Source: Eledone cirrhosa
Taxonomy: Eukaryota
Length of the DNA stretch: 64,000 nt
Assembly: GCA_964016885.1 (NCBI GenBank)
Contig: OZ024746.1
Coordinates: 25,544,001-25,608,000 of the forward strand
Direction of reading: 5' to 3'
Both the position numbers and the translations under genes were made by a program. Positions 24,021-37,070 of this stretch are shown piece after piece. How positions within the stretch are numbered: the stretch's first letter is position 1; every line of letters begins with the position of its first letter. The notes under the pieces are model-generated. The model was not told the origin of the DNA. It made no database searches and was given only the letters and a program-made list of their open reading frames with translations.

Positions 24021-25238
24021 TATACACACATTTAAATTTAGTGGTTTACCACTGGTTAGAATTGGTCATTGTTAACCATGATGTAATTCGAGAAAAACAC
24101 TTGGCATTAAGCAACTCATCCATCTTCGATGTTGAATCATGTTGGTGGTGCTTGAACGGAGTAACTGTATTATAAAGTAAAATGACAGGAGGCAAAATAT
24201 GTTGAATTTCTTTAATTTTTTTTATTTCTGCAAACACTATGCACATTTCAGTGACCAGGTTGCGTAAGAACTCAGTGACATCTTCAGGTGTAAATTGTGT
24301 AATAGATGCATGCCAACGGAATGGTGGTAAGCTTTAAGGAAGCAAGAAAAAAGAGAGGAAAAAAAATGTGTGTTTATGTTTTTGACTCAGAGAGGAACGA
24401 GCCAGCACGTTGCAACACTGTTCTCTACTCTCTGAGTGAAGTTATCTTCCTGCTAGTTTGCTAAGTGGGTAGGGGGATATAGAGTTTGTCAGGTGAAACA
24501 TTACTACCTCTAAATTCTAGCAGTCTTCCGACAGCAGGCCGGCGAAAGAGGAAGGGTGAAGAATATCATGTTACAGATAATGATAAGCAACTTGGGTCAA
24601 GTTAAGTTCTATACACTCATGGAAGGTATACAACCTCCGGGGGAGGAACATATCAAGTAGAAAAAATTTTGGTTAAAAACGTTTAGAAGCTATAGTTAGG
24701 GTTAATTTTAGGGATAGAAAATTAAAACTGAGTGTTTAAAAATGTTTAAAGTATAATTAAACAAGTAGAGTCCGCACAGTGGGCCGGTGAATTACTGTTT
24801 AGTTAAGCTAAGCTAATTTACTATCCACTTTGGAAACACTTGTACCAGTGGGGTTTCTAAATATACATACATACATATACATATATAGTAATGAAAGGGT
24901 TAACGCATGTATATTTATCTAAAAATCTTCCATCATAATTTTATGTAAGTTCCAAACATCAGATAAATAATGAGAAAATTGGTTATAGTCCTAAATCGAT
25001 TCAAATTCTTAATTATTTTCCAAATTATTTGAAAACGATAGGCTGTGTATTTCATTAAACATATGGTAATGAGAGGGTTAATATCTGGCTTTATTTACTG
25101 GTCAGTAGTAGTTATTAAATAACCTAATTACCACCAAACAAACATTTTCAAAATGTTAGAGGAAACAGGAAATGAGAGAAATAAAAATAGAATTTATAGT
25201 GTGAAATAAAATGAAGAAACAGTGTAAGGTTTGGCTAC

Positions 25239-25350
25239 CTCATGGTGAGCTTTTCCAAGCTTTGCCATCTCGAGAGCTTTTGTCATGTGATTGGTTATGC
25301 TGTCTTCCTGAGATTTACTGAAATAATTGCCACTGAGTAATTTAGCGATC
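25239..25350 (-). CDS. ADAT3: ADAT3 coding exon 5
   Basis: IAKLLSGNYFSKSQEDSITNHMTKALEMAK, matching the ADAT3 segment after WP..FHEDK; TAG acceptor, GT donor, phases fit. Confidence 0.88.
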
Positions 25351-25474
25351 CTAGGAATATAAGGAGAATATTATATAAAAGGAGAGAAACATTGTGGAAT
25401 ATTCCATTGAATCTGAAAATATATATTGAAAATAAAGGAAAAATATATTTGGAACAAGGCAAGTGAAGTTTCAG

Positions 25475-25870
25475 AATTGAAAAAGAAATAGAAGCGTTGT
25501 CATAACATTGACTACATAATATAATATAATAATTGTTTCTACTTTAGGCACAAGGCCAGCAATTACCCAGTGTATTACTGGTACTTTATTTTATCGACCC
25601 CGTAAGGATGAAAGGCAAAGTTAACCTCGGCGGGATTTGAACTCAGAATGGCAAAGGCCGTAACTCTATGCGTCAAAGCATGGCGTCCGACCCTCTACTG
25701 ATACTGCCAATCCACCACCCTATATATATATATACCCTATATATATACACCCTAATATAATATAATAATAGGGTGCATAAACCCACTGAATGGAAAAAGT
25801 TCAGTGGGTTTATACTCCCCATTATTATACTATATTATGTATGTAGTCAATGTTATTTCTATTTCAATAT
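25475..25870. mobile_element. Fold-back element with an inserted SINE (about 25530-25720)
   Basis: TAACATTGACTACATA arms in inverted orientation; central ATAAACCCACTGAA/TTCAGTGGGTTTAT hairpin. Confidence 0.65.
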
Positions 25871-28800
25871 TGATAATTGATAGCTGCAGGTATGACTGTG
25901 TGGTAAAGGAGAAGAAATAGATAGATGTAAGTAAAAAAAAAGAAGGGAAAAGATATTTTTTCACCGGTGGTAAGTACATGTGTATTTAGTTATATAGATA
26001 TATATATATATATATATTTTTTTTTTTTAGTTTCAGAAGATCCCGTTAAGGGTGAAAGCAGCAATTCTTTGCTTAAACTTTAATCTGTTATTTTAATAAA
26101 TATATATATATATAAATGTGTGTGTGTGTATCAGGATTTAACCAGTATTAACCTAGTAAGACCATTATTATGCAGAGTACTCAATACATGTGATAGTAGC
26201 TAGTCTGCTGGAATTAGCTGTCGAAATGGCAAGAGCTCAGCCGTCAGGCCCCAGCCCTTTCTAATATATATATGCCATCACCATACTGACGTTGGTTGGA
26301 CGGGTTATCATAGTCTGGGACTAGACATGATCAGAGAACCATTTCTTGCTCCTATGTTCCATATTTTGGCATAGTTTCTATGGCTAGATGCTTTTTCTAA
26401 CACCACTCTCTTTGCTGAGTATATTGGGTGTATTTTATTATGGCACTAGCACCACCGCTTTACAGAATATACTGGGTGTATTCTATCACATCACCAGCAC
26501 TACCACTTTATAGAGTGTACTGGGTGTATTTTATCAGGACGCCCAGCGCTATCACTTTACAGAGTGTACTGGGAGTATTTTCTTATGGCACTAGCACTAC
26601 AAATTTACAAGATGTACTGGGTGCATTTTATTGTAGCACCAGCTCTACCACTTCACAGAATGTACCAAATGTATTTTTATCACAAGTGTATTACAACCAT
26701 TTTCTTTGCTAAAACATGAGTTAACCTTACAAGCCCTTTGAAAAGGTTGTTACAACACTCAGTGATACGGTGTACCTATTCTAAACTAGATATACATCAT
26801 TATCAGTTAATATCTATTTTCCTCGCTAGCATGGGGTAGACGGGTTGTCCCATTTGAGGCAAATCAGGTCAAGTGACTGTGCCTTGCTCATACAGAATTG
26901 TTTCTGGTTAGGTTTCTATGGCTAGATGCTCTTCTTAATGCCAACTCCATTTACAGTGTGGACTGGGTGCTTTTTATCATGGCACCCAAACGACCACTTT
27001 ACAGTGGTCCATGCTGGGTACATTTTTTTGTGTCACCTACACAACCACTTTACAGTGTGGACTGGGCACTTTTTGTTGTGGCACCAAAACAACCACTTCA
27101 TAATATTAAATGATAATGAACAAAATAGTTGAAATATATTAAATAATACAACACCAGATGAAGTGGTTTCTGCTAATGTAGAGGTTAGCCTTGTGGCTTA
27201 TATGACAAGCTTATTATGATACTCAGAGATACGGTGTACTTATTTTAAATCAAATTGAACAAACTATCGTTTATCTCAGCTATTTCTCCTGGTCAATTGA
27301 TGTGACTGACTTATCTTATCAACAAACAACAACTTAAGTATTTCTAACTACTCAACTCAAGTATTCCTAACGTGTAAATAAGATTACAAATGTTATTTTA
27401 GAGATGGCAACCACTGTCACCACCACCATCACATACCCCCCCCCCCCCCCACACTACTATCCCCCACCCCCACCCCATAATCACCACTACTACGCCCACC
27501 CCCACCATCACCACCATAAAATGTCAGAGTGTAATTTCAAATATGTGAGATGTAGAGGTTACATCAAGTTCTGTGATATATAGACGTTGTAGCTTTTTAA
27601 ATCAACATTTTTGTTTTAATATTTTAAGTTCTTTGATATATATCAGATGTTGATATGATATTTGTTGACAAAGGAAAATAAATGGAAGTCATATTTCCAC
27701 TGGTCTTTGCATTACTGATACTATTGGTTATAAACTCTTGGCAGAAGAAAGATGCCAATAATCAGATCAAACCTAGGAATTCATGTTTCCAAAGCTCTAT
27801 CCATTGCTGACACTATGTGTTGGTCACAATTCTTGGCAGAAGCATCACTACTTTTCTGGTGACAGGAGTCAGGAATTGAACTCAGAACACACTGAGTCAG
27901 ATTAGATACCACAAAGAATCTCGTCCAACTCTTTAACAATTCCACCAATACACCACCCCTTGGTCTGATACTTTATTTATCAACCCTGAAAGATAAAAGT
28001 CAAAGTTGACCTCGACAGGATTTGAACTCAGAGTGCAGAGTGCCACAGTGAATAATAAATTATTGAAACTGAGGCTCTAATGACTCTGCTAATTCACTGC
28101 TAGTTCGTTTGTTGACAAAAGAATTGTTAAAAAAAGCACTTAGAAACTTCTAAAGGATATAGGACAGATAAAAATAAGGACATTATACATTGTTGTTGAC
28201 ACAGCTCAGCAAATAAATATCATTATCTTATGTAAATAAAATTATCATTGTTTATCAGTGTAGTTAAAGAGTTCATTTTGAAACCACTTTGGAAAAGTGT
28301 CTTCTACTATAGTTTGTATCGACCAATGCCTTGTGAGTAGAATTTGATAGATGGAAATTGCAGAAACATAAGGGCATCCAGCCGTAGAAAGACTGCCAAA
28401 CAAAGGGTTGGGAGGACCCTTCAGTTGTGTCAAAAACATGATAACCTCCTCTGTGCACTTGATAGAATGTAAGACTGCACATAATTGTGAAGCAGACAAC
28501 TGGCCTGTCTGGGGTGTCACTAGTCTCACTTTAATACTGACTTGGTCTACGTAGACCCATTCAATCTTTGTTAGTAGAGAAAATAGATGTTAAATGATGA
28601 CGATGATGATATATATATATGTGTGTGTGTATCATTGTAAGCATCCATAATCTCCCGGGGGAGTCATAGGGATGCCATATGGACATTTTAAAAAACCTGG
28701 TGGAGCCCATCTCCTCTCCAGGTTTGAATATAGCATAATTTCTTCCAGAAAAGGATAGAAAGTGAGAGAAAGGAAGTGAGAAAGAGATATAGAGGAAGAA

Positions 28801-28914
28801 TTGACCCCAGTACTAAACTGGTACTTTATTTTATTGACCTTGAATGGATGAAAGGCAAAGTTGACCTCTATCCAACATTCTAATGACTCTGCCAATTCAC
28901 CGTTGATGTGTGTA

Positions 28915-30210
28915 TCATCATTATCATCATTTTATGTCTGCTTTTCCATGTTTGCATGGGATGAACAGGTTTTTCTCAGTACAGCATCTCTTCACACATT
29001 GCAATACTTTGCCATCTCTTCTGTTAGTTTCAGCAATTTGAGATCAGCTCTCACCACTTCTGCCCAGGTCTTCCTCTAATGCAGTTTCTTTTCACCGGGA
29101 TTTCATAGCACTTCTTCACCTAGTAATCATCATCTATGCACATCATATGTCCATACCAGCACACTCTTCTCTCCTGCACACTACATCTGATTCTTTGTAT
29201 CCATAGTTTCTCTCTCAGTTCATCTGTGCTTTGCCGTACATGTGCATTAACATTGCACATCCATCATAACATGCACGTTTCATTTCTCTCCAGTTTTTAC
29301 ATATCCTCTGCATTCATTGCCCATGTCTCACTATCATGCAGTATCACACGACACACAGGCATCATACAGTCAACCTTTCATTCGTAGGGAGAAACCTTTT
29401 GTTTTCAAAAGGGGTAGTAGCTCACTAAACTTTTTCCACCCTATTCTTATTCTAGCTACAGTGCTCTAAAAACACCTTCATCTTCTGCTACTCACATCAC
29501 CTAGGTAACAGAATTTATCAACCACTTCTATGAAATCTACATGGTATTGGAAAAGGTTTGTCTCAATGGCACTTTTACTATGAATTTTCCCTGGAAATGT
29601 ATTACATACAAAGTCTTCCTTTTCTGTTAATCTACCTGCTACCCCACTATTCCTCTTGTGTACCCAAGATTTACATTGTGTACATCATATAGAGTTTCTT
29701 TCCTACTTATTAATATTTTAATATTTTGCTAAATTTACTCTCAGTCCTTTGATTCTAAGTTCTGTTTTCACAATCAGAATTTATTCTCTAGTTTTTCCAC
29801 ATACAGAAGTTCCCATAAGCAACCTGTCATGGCCTGGAGGACTATAATAAACAGAAATGAATTGAGAACTGTGCCTTGGTGCACTCCTACCTGTATCCTG
29901 AATTCCTCACTAAACTCACTTTCTACTCATAGTTTACTGACCGCTCCTCCGTACTTGGCTTTCACTGCTTTTACAAGCCATTCTTCTCCGCCTTGTTTCC
30001 GATTAACAAAAACTAGATATGGAGGCTTACTCTTAGCTAAGATCTTCTCTTGTAGTTGTCTTACTAAGAAGAGGACATCAGTAGTACTGCTCCCAGGCAC
30101 AAAAACGAACTACATTTCATCTAATTTGACTCTTTCCCTAATTACTTGTGCTAAAATTCTTTCTGTCATTTTCATAACTTGGTCCATTAGTTTTATTCCC
30201 CTGTAGTTGC
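28915..30210 (-). mobile_element. Degenerate RTE LINE (RT to 3' end)
   Basis: Reverse strand encodes fragments of GIKLMDQVMK, QEKILAK, GVHQG, YLGD, WYGH; many stops and frameshifts. Confidence 0.8.
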
Positions 30211-30776
30211 TACTGCTGTTAGCTACAAAGGTTCTTACATAGAATTACGATGAACAGTTTTAGATAAATATAAACATTTTAATATAATGTTTAATAGCAT
30301 TAGAACCAGGGGCAGTTTGAAGTAGTTTGATATCAAAAGGTTAACCTCAATCCAGCCAAAATCAGCTCTGGTTCTATGAAACAAAACCACCAATTTTAAA
30401 GGGAACCTATTTAAATTTAAATCTTCCAAATTATATATTTATATAAGAATCATATATTAAGTTACTATCTTTTTAATGAAATAGCTAATAATTTTAGTAA
30501 ATCTCTCAAAATTCCTCAATCATCTTGTACCACATAAAACCCCATTAGCAAGACATTCTTGAAAAATACAAAACAACATAATGGCTGCATCACAATATAA
30601 ATTGATGTCTTTAAAATTACAAATTTTCACAAAGATCTGTCCACTAGTAAACATTTGAAATAACAAACTCGTTTTTAGATATTTTCTGTGGTATTAATAA
30701 TTAATTCATAGAAATAGAGTGTATTTCATTAGAAATATGGCCAGGAAAGGATTAAACTAAGAAGTCACTAGCTCAC

Positions 30777-31002
30777 CTTTTATCTTCATGGAAATTAACA
30801 GGCCAATATTGTGAAGCTTCTTCAAACTGTTTTCTGGTGAGGGGAGCTGAAAGAGGAATTTGAACTATACAAGGTTTGCTAAGAAGACAACATAGTTCTG
30901 ATGTTGAATCATTTCCAAACAAATCTTCAAGTGTTAGGCGTTGTTTCATTATTTCTGTTGGCAACTGTGACTTAATACATATAATGACCTGCAATTCTGA
31001 AC
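30777..31002 (-). CDS. ADAT3: ADAT3 coding exon 4
   Basis: ..VQIPLSAPLTRKQFEEASQYWPVNFHEDK; 226 nt; GTGAG donor. Confidence 0.93.
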
Positions 31003-31640
31003 CTACAAACAAACAGAAAAGATTTTATTAAGATAAATTTAGGAAGGACATCCAGCCATAGAAAACATATCAAATAAGAAGTTGAGAAAACTATTGAATT
31101 GCATTAAGGACATGAAAACCTCCCTAGAGCTGGTGGCATGATAAAATGTACTCAGTACATTCTGTAAAGCAGTTGGTGTTAGGAAGTACATCCAGCCATA
31201 GAAACCTTGCCTAACAAAGAGCTGAGAGGACTCTTCACTTGTATCAAGAATATGACAACCTCTCTAACGTTGATACTATGATAAAATGTATATTCTGAAA
31301 AGTGGTTGGTGATAGGAAGGGCATCCAGCTGTAGAAACCATGCCAAAACTGGAACACATGTAAGCATGATATAACCACCAGCCTGTATGGGAGAACACTT
31401 ACTTCAACTAAGTATGAGTTTGTCCATAACGACCTGTTCAAACCATATAATCATGGAAAATGGATGTAAAATGATAATGAATTTGTAAGTGGTGGTGTTG
31501 TTGGTGCTGGTGGTGTTAGAAATTGTGTTGATGGTGGTGGTGGTGATGGTGGTAGTGGTGGTGGTGGTTTTGGTGATGATGATGATGACAATGACAGTGA
31601 TGACAGACAAATAATTGAAGAGAAATATAGTAATTCCTAC

Positions 31641-31711
31641 CTTGTGTTTTACAACATTTTACTCTCTTGAGGTGTTGAAGACTATCCAAAGGATGGGAAG
31701 ATTGGAGAATC
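31641..31711 (-). CDS. ADAT3: ADAT3 coding exon 3
   Basis: HPLDSLQHLKRVK (ADAT3 HLKRV motif); 71 nt. Confidence 0.88.
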
Positions 31712-32268
31712 CTTAGGAGGGATAAGAAAAATTAGTTCATTTTAAGATGGATGAATAAAATGAAATATAAATACTGTATTTCTCTGTCAGAGATGTTATT
31801 TGTTTCCTCAAATAAGTCTCAAAAATTTACTACGTATCCAAGTAAATAAAGATTACATTTTACACAAGCCAATTTTAACCCTGAGTTGCAATGGAATAGT
31901 GTCTGACACCAAGTCACAAACAGCGCAATGAAAATTTTGACACTAAGAAATAGATGATAACTGTAAAGTGAAGTTGACAGTTTTTGTGTATTTCTGAATG
32001 GCTAAAATGACTCTTCTACAGTATATTTGCTTCAGTTTCAACACAATTTCAGAACAAGGTACTCATCAGACAAGTACAACCGTGGCTAAAATGACTCTTC
32101 CACAATGTAATTGCTTTAGTTTCAACATAGAGTTTTGGATCAAGTTACTTACTAGACATGAACAACTGTGCTTCCATGATATAAATACTTACTGAATTTA
32201 AACTTTCATCTTAAGATGTCACAAAAAAATATTTTTAACAAAAATAAAAACATGAAACAATACTTAAC

Positions 32269-32323
32269 TGTAGAATATGACAAGTTTGTTTTTTATCCAA
32301 AATTCTGCAGACTACAGCGTCCA
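32269..32323 (-). CDS. ADAT3: ADAT3 coding exon 2
   Basis: VDAVVCRILDKKQTCHILQ; CAG acceptor, GTTAAG donor; phases fit. Confidence 0.82.
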
Positions 32324-33224
32324 CTGAAAAAATGGTATTATATAATTAGCTGGGAATCAAATGTACAATGGAAGAGCTGAAGGTATGATAAAATACTCCA
32401 AGTACACTCTGTAAGTGGTAGTGCTGGTGCCATGATAAAATGCACCCCGTACACTCTGTAAAGTAATTGGTATTGAGAAGGGTATCCAGCTGTAGAAACA
32501 ATGCATAAGATATGGAATGTATGAGAAAAACATGGTTATCTGACCGTGCCTTCTCTTGGACTGTGACAACCTGTCTAACCCATGCTCACACGGAACACAA
32601 ACGGATGTTGATGATATACATATTATATATATATACATATATATGATGGCTACCTATATGAAAGTCATCTATCCCTTAGCCATTACCTCCCTACCTCTCT
32701 CTTTTTCGAGGTTTACGAGGCTAGATGAACACCTTCGAAATCCTCGCATATTCACCTTGTCTAATACGCGTATTTGTATCTGATTATTTCACCCAAATCT
32801 CCTGGGATGTTATAAGCCATGATGGCTACCTATCTCACAATTTCCCTCCTGCCCACTCCCTCACACCACTATAGTCTATTTGACCAATCAAACCTCAGCA
32901 ACATGTCCCCCACCCATTACCAACCCCAACAAACTCTGCCATTACTGCTGCTTTTCTTCTACCCTTACCAGCCACAACAAATCCTGCCATTATTACTACT
33001 ACTGTCCTTCTAGACCTGAATTCTTTTACTGTTATGTATGGATGAGCTGAGGATAAATGGAGCAACCCTGAATTAATAAATGAATATGAATCCGCGAGTT
33101 ACCAAGCTCCCATGCGAAGCTTCAATTCAGAAACAAGAAGCATACACACACGACTGCAAAAATTCACCCTTTCCCACAAATGTTGGCAAATGACCATAAT
33201 TCCGAGTTTGAACCATCAATGTAA

Positions 33225-35580
33225 GCACAATGAAAGGAAGAGCAGGAGGGAAGCTAGGCGACAAGTATACTTAGCTAGAAGGGAAGCAGAGGATAGAAAA
33301 TTCAAGCATGTTTTGCAACATGAGGACCAGAAACAGGAAGTGTTCAAGATTGTGAAGCAGTGTGTCAGAGAGAATTGTGATGTCATTGGAGAGAAGTGTA
33401 TCCAGAATGATAAAGGTGAGCTTGCCCTCACAAGTGCTGAGAAGAAAGATGCGTGGAAGAGCCATTATGAAAGATTACTAAATGAAGAGAATGCATGGGA
33501 AAAAGAGACTCTACCCCAAGTGGACCCTATAGAGGGGCCAGCAGTACAAGTCAGCAGCAGTGTAGTAAGTATAAGGCAATCAAAGATATGAAGACGGGGA
33601 AAGCAACCAGTCCATCGGGTATAGCTGCCGAGATGCTGAAGGCATGTGGGTTGGTAGGTCACACCATAACCACACGTATTGTTAACCAGGTAACACTAGA
33701 AGGTGTCATACCAAAGGATTGGTGCAGCAGCATCATTGTCAACTGCTACAAGGGTAAAGGTGATGCATTAGATAGAGGAAACTATAGAGGTATAAAGCTG
33801 ATGGACCAGGTCATGAAAGTAACAGAAAGAGTTATAGCACAGTTGATTAGGGACCGGGTAAAACTAGATGAGATGCAATTTGGGTTTGTGCTAGGAAAAT
33901 GCACCACTGATGCCCTCTTCCTTGTGATGCAGTTACAGGAAAAGTACCTAGCTAAAAGTAAGCCTCTCTATCTGGCATTTGTCGATCTGGAAAAAGCCTT
34001 CGACAGAGTGCCTAGTGCAATAATCTGGTGTGCTCTTAGAAAACTAAGAGTAGATGAATGGCTTGTGAAAGCTGTACAAGCCATGTATAGGGGAGCAGTC
34101 AGCAAAGTTAGGGTTAGCAATGGCTATAGCGAAGAATTTAGCATAGAGGTCGGTGTCCACCAGGGCTCTGTTCTTAGCCCGCTCCTGTTCATTATAGTTT
34201 TGTAGGAAATAACGGAGGAGTTTAAGACCGGATGCCCATGGAAACTCCTGTATGTGGATGACCTCGCACTTATAGCTGAATCTATGGTAGAACTAGAAAA
34301 GAAATTCGAAACATGGAAGCAGGGACTAGAAAGAAAGGGTCTCAAAGTCAACCTGACAAAGACTAAGGTCCTCATAACCCAGATCCCCTCAGGGAAATGG
34401 CCTTGCTCAGTATGTAGGAAAGGTGTAGGTAGGAACTCCATCCTCTGCTCCAAATGCAAACAATGGGTACACAAGAGATGTAGTGGGATCTCAGGAAGCT
34501 TAACTAATAATTGTTTCTACTTTAGGCACAAGGCCAGCAATTACTCAGTGCATTACTGGTACTTTATTTTATCAACCCCGTAAGGATGAAAGGCAAAGTC
34601 AACCTCGGTGGGATTTGAACTCAGATCGTAAAGGGACATAACTATGCTGGAAAGCATGGCGTCCGACCCTCTACCGATAGGCTTCACATGTAACAGCTGC
34701 ATTGGGACAGCAAGCAGCAAATGACCACAGGAAACAAGCACCACCAAACTCTGGGAGGGCTCTGTAGAAACAGTAGACAGCTTCTGCTCCCTAGGTGACC
34801 GAATTAGCAGCGGAGGTGGGTGTTTAGAAAGTACAATAACTAGGGTAAGAACAGGATGGAAGAAGTTCAAGGAGTTACTGCCAGTGCTAGCTTCAAAAGG
34901 TTTTTCCCTCTAAATGAAAGGCTGGCTGTATGATGCATGTATACAAACAGCAATGTTAGATGGTAGTGAGACCTGGGCACTGTCTGTAGAAGGCTTGCAT
35001 AGATTAGAAAGAAACAAAGCTTGCATGCTCCGATGGATGTGTAATAGTAATATATGCGAACGGCAAAGCATAAACGAATTGAGAGAGAGACTGAACATAA
35101 AAGAAGTCAAATGCTGTGTGCAGGAGAGGAGGTTGTGTTGGTATGGACATGTGATGCGTATGAAGGATGACTGCTGCATAAAAAGGTGCAGAGCACTAGA
35201 GGTCGATGGAAGCCGTGGAGTGGGGAGACCCAAGAAGACATGGGATGAGGTTATAAAAGCCAACCTTACCCAATTACACCTCTCAAAGGCAATGACACAC
35301 AACCGTGACCTCTGGCATCACGCAGTAATACAGAAGACCCGACCCCCCCACGGGTACAAGCCGAAGCTGAAGCATATAGACAATATGCCCCCACCCCCTC
35401 CCACTGCAAAGTAGCACTCAGCCCACACTGTAAAGTGGACGTGTAGGCGCCACGGAAAAAAAGCACCCAGCACTCACTGTAAATGAGGTGGTGTTAGAAA
35501 GGGCATCCAGCTGTAGAAATCAAGCCAGAATCAGTTCCCATATGAGCAAGACAAGGTCAACCGACTGGACACACATACTG
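33225..35580 (+). mobile_element. RTE LINE, 5'-truncated, frameshifted, with nested SINE (34508-34680)
   Basis: RT motifs YRGIKL, QFGF, FVDLEKAFD, GVHQGSVLSPLLF, YVDD and C-terminal WYGH/GRPKKTW. Confidence 0.92.
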
Positions 35581-36559
35581 CATTTCTTATCATAGTCCTC
35601 CTGCTTTCCAATCACAAGGTCTTGCGTTCTAACCCTACATAAATCCCTGTAAAATAGTTTTTCTCCAAAATTACTCATACATTAAATCTTATATGTAATA
35701 TGTACAGGTGCAAAGCTGAAACAGTCCAAGATAAAACAAATGAATGATTTGAGTTTTCTTCTGTAACTGATCCTATGTGTTGGAAAAATGTATGTGCATG
35801 CGGAGGGTTGCTATAGTAACCATTCCGCCCCCATGCCTTTCTGACCTATATATATAATCAAATATATAGATGTAAAAATTAACTTTTAAATCATTTTTAA
35901 TCCCTTACACATGTTTCAAAGAGTTGCATATTCAAATAATGTTAGGTGAAAATTCGCATAATCAATATCTATACATACGCAATGATATATAGGTATATTT
36001 TTACACTTCTCCATCATTAAAAACAGGCCTTAATATATATATATATATATAGTTCTGTTTGAGTAAGGTATGGCACAGCCAATTGACCAGACTTTGCTCA
36101 TAACGGTGCCATCCAGTTCCACACTGTAAACATGGTTGGTGTTGGGAAGGGCAATCAGCTGTAAAAATCCCAGCCAAAATAGAGTTCCGTTTGTGCAAGG
36201 TACGGCGCGGCTAACTCAACAGACTTGTATCATAACGTGGACGACCCGTCTAACTCATGCAAATAGATGTTAAACGTTGATGATGATGATGCGATGGTGC
36301 TGAACATTTATGTAATTATAATTTAGAGTTCTTATCTTTAATCACTTTTATATGTCAGTAATCAACAGCAACTATAGGGGTTCTTTTATGCAAACCATTG
36401 ATTTACCAAAATGCACATTTCCCAGTTTGTGTAATTGTTCATATATACAGTAATCTTAGTATATTATAAACAGAATGTATGATTACAATTAAACAAAATT
36501 AACACACATACACACACACACACAGATATGGGAGGTAACTTTAGCTGGGTTATCTGACA

Positions 36560-37070
36560 TTTTTTTTAGGATAGCTGGGTTACCTTACTGAAGTATTAGG
36601 TGATGTTCATTGTGAGGGTGCTTGGCTATTTCAGTTGTTCACCCCCCTCCCTACACACACACATATTACCCGCCCCTTACTGAATTATCAGATTATGCTC
36701 ATGAAGGTCCTTAACTATTCCAATGCCTTAGCCCCGCAATCAACCGTCCTAACTGAAGTATCAGAGTATGCTAGTTAAGGTGCTTGGCCTTTCCAGCATC
36801 TGAGCCTTGCTATCACTCGGTTTTACTAAAATATCAGGTGATGCTCCTTGTAAAGGTGTTTCGTTGTTCAAGCACTTCAGCCATGATATCACTCTACCTT
36901 ACTTAAGTATCAGGTAATGTTCCTTGTGAACGTGCTTAGCTACTTCAGTGTCTTTGTATCACTATCACTTGGTATTACTGAAATATCAGGTGATACTGGT
37001 GAGAGTCTTTGACTATTCCAGTGTCTCAGCCAAGCTTTCACCTGCACTAATGCTGTGAGTGTCTTGGCTT
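36560..37070. repeat. Degenerate tandem array of about 60-70 bp units
   Basis: Recurring TACTGAAGTATCAGGTGATG..GGTGCTTGGCTATT; related units in inverted orientation at about 37500-37740. Confidence 0.7.
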
